Positions 62,394 to 64,000 of a stretch of 64,000 nt of DNA are shown here, piece by piece (the stretch's first letter is position 1; every line of letters starts with the position of its first letter). Source of the stretch: Tricharina praecox. Its lineage: Eukaryota. The stretch is taken from the NCBI RefSeq assembly GCF_024521635.1, contig NW_026250413.1:372001-436000 (forward strand), written 5' to 3'. Under the pieces are notes generated by a model. It searched no databases and had not been told where the DNA came from. It saw only the letters and a list, made by a program, of their open reading frames with translations. A program made the translations under genes and the position numbers.

Positions 62394-64000
62394 TCTGTCG
62401 GAGGTCGCAACGTTTCCTCTACTTTGCTACCAGGTAGTACTCCAGAGTGTGCATTCCTCAGCAGCGCCCCATCCCACGGGCCATGGCCCATGGGGGGAGG
62501 GGCCGCGGGCGGCCAATCGCAAACTGCGCACATCGATATCTACATTTCAAGGTATGTAGAGCAAGTAGAGTACTTGCCGGGCCGTATGGAGAGTAGCATC
62601 CCAGCCACACAGGCATATCTAGCAGAGTAGAATGGAGTGGAGTGCAAGAGTGGAGTACTCTATGTATGCTTAGGAATCTACTCTACGGGGACGGGGCCAG
62701 TGGCAGTGGCAGGCTGGCAGCGAGCACGCGATATTCAGACTCCACTGTCCACTCTCCATTGCCAGAGTACTCGATTCTACACATCCACACGCGGCGGCGG
62801 CGGAGGAGGAGGAGGAGGATGAGCCTGGAGGAGTGCGAGCGGCGAGAGAGTGCGAGAGTGCACATTCACATCCCATCGTGCTCTGTATACGTAGAGTACA
62901 CGGTAGATATACCACGCAAAGTAGATCGAGTAGATTGACTCTCGAGTAAATAGGATGTAGGGTAGATACTTCGGTACATCGGAAATAAAAATAAAGCCGC
63001 ACTTCTCGACTCTTGAATTCAAGAGTTTTATTCCCGCCCCCTTGTAGCTGGATTTTGTGTGCACTGTAGAGAACTCCAGAGTCCACAACAGACTTGAGGC
63101 TGAAGGCTGAGATCACTCCTGAAACGAAGGATACCTGTCTAACTGTCTCATCCACCATACCAAGACCTATTTCGCGCTCAAACTTCACGGTTCGATTCCG
63201 TTCCAACTTCCAGGAAAAAGAGTAAAAGAGACACGGTACCTAGAGTACGGTGGGCGGGCCCGGCCCGACTGGGGTGGGATCATTGGGGATGATGGCATCC
63301 ATTCCTCCATCCTTACCCGCCGCCACTACCGCTGCACGTATTCTATGTAGGGTGGCTGGTGGCTACATAGGTGCGCCGTGCGCCGTGCGCCGTGCGGCAT
63401 GGCATGGCATGGCATGGCATGGACGGACGGAAAGGCAAGGTAGCACTCAAGTTCGAGTTCGAGTTCGAGGTCGACGTCTGAACTTGAACTTGAACTTTGA
63501 ACTTTGAAGTTGAGACATGACACAGTGGAGAGGAGGGCAGCTGGCGTCCGGCCCACCGCCCACGTGCCGGGCCGGACCGGACCGGCGCGTCAAAGTTGTG
63601 GCTAGCAGCGGCGAGCGCTGGGACACATGGTTGAGAAGGACTTTCGGGGGGCGGGGGCGGGTTCTTGGCTACGGGATAAGCTCGTGCGGTTGGCGGAGAT
63701 GAGGACTGCCCAGGGCCCACGGGAACCTCACGGCGCCCGTCGACGGGGGACGGAGGACGGAGGACGGCAGTCAACCGACGAGCTCGACGCGGTTTGGGCT
63801 GGGCACTGGGCAGTGAACATACACCGGCCCGGCCCGGCCGTCCTGCCCGGGAAACGGCCGAATGCAACCCTCGGAAAGCAACCCTCGGTCCCTCGGAGAG
63901 CAATACAGGATGCGTGCTGTGCCGTGCCCGTCTACGGGATACGACACTCCCAAACTCCCACTGGCCTCCCACGCGGTGCGGGAGCGGGACTAACCCCCCC

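Overview
Eukaryotic (filamentous ascomycete) genomic DNA with GT-AG introns and CTRAC/CTRAT branch points. Assignment to an early-diverging Pezizomycotina lineage such as Pezizomycetes is my inference only. Both flanks hold ordinary intron-containing genes. On the left are a heat-shock transcription factor (HSF1), a 6-phosphofructokinase with a yeast-type N-terminal extension, an orphan proline-rich protein, RAD57, a Pin4/Cip2-like RRM+R3H protein and a DUF4449-like protein. On the right is a very large Snt1/NCoR-like two-SANT protein. Between them (about 27.3-48.9 kb) is a roughly 21 kb gene-poor accessory block built from seven head-to-tail degenerate 'gene cassettes'. Each cassette carries a conserved promoter-like module (GC boxes, 18-bp VNTR, TATA, CT tract) and a conserved exon/intron core, and most end in a conserved terminator-like module. 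Between the conserved parts lie different short pieces of unrelated genes: transaldolase with its intron, a LON substrate-binding domain, a probable GH16 piece and several unidentified coding pieces. The identifiable pieces are in sense orientation, join through microhomologies and are often bracketed by duplicated cassette sequence. At least five non-autonomous TIR elements are inserted in the block. No transposase, helicase or RT is visible, so the capture machinery is not encoded in this window. All identifications come from reading the sequence by eye, without database searches.
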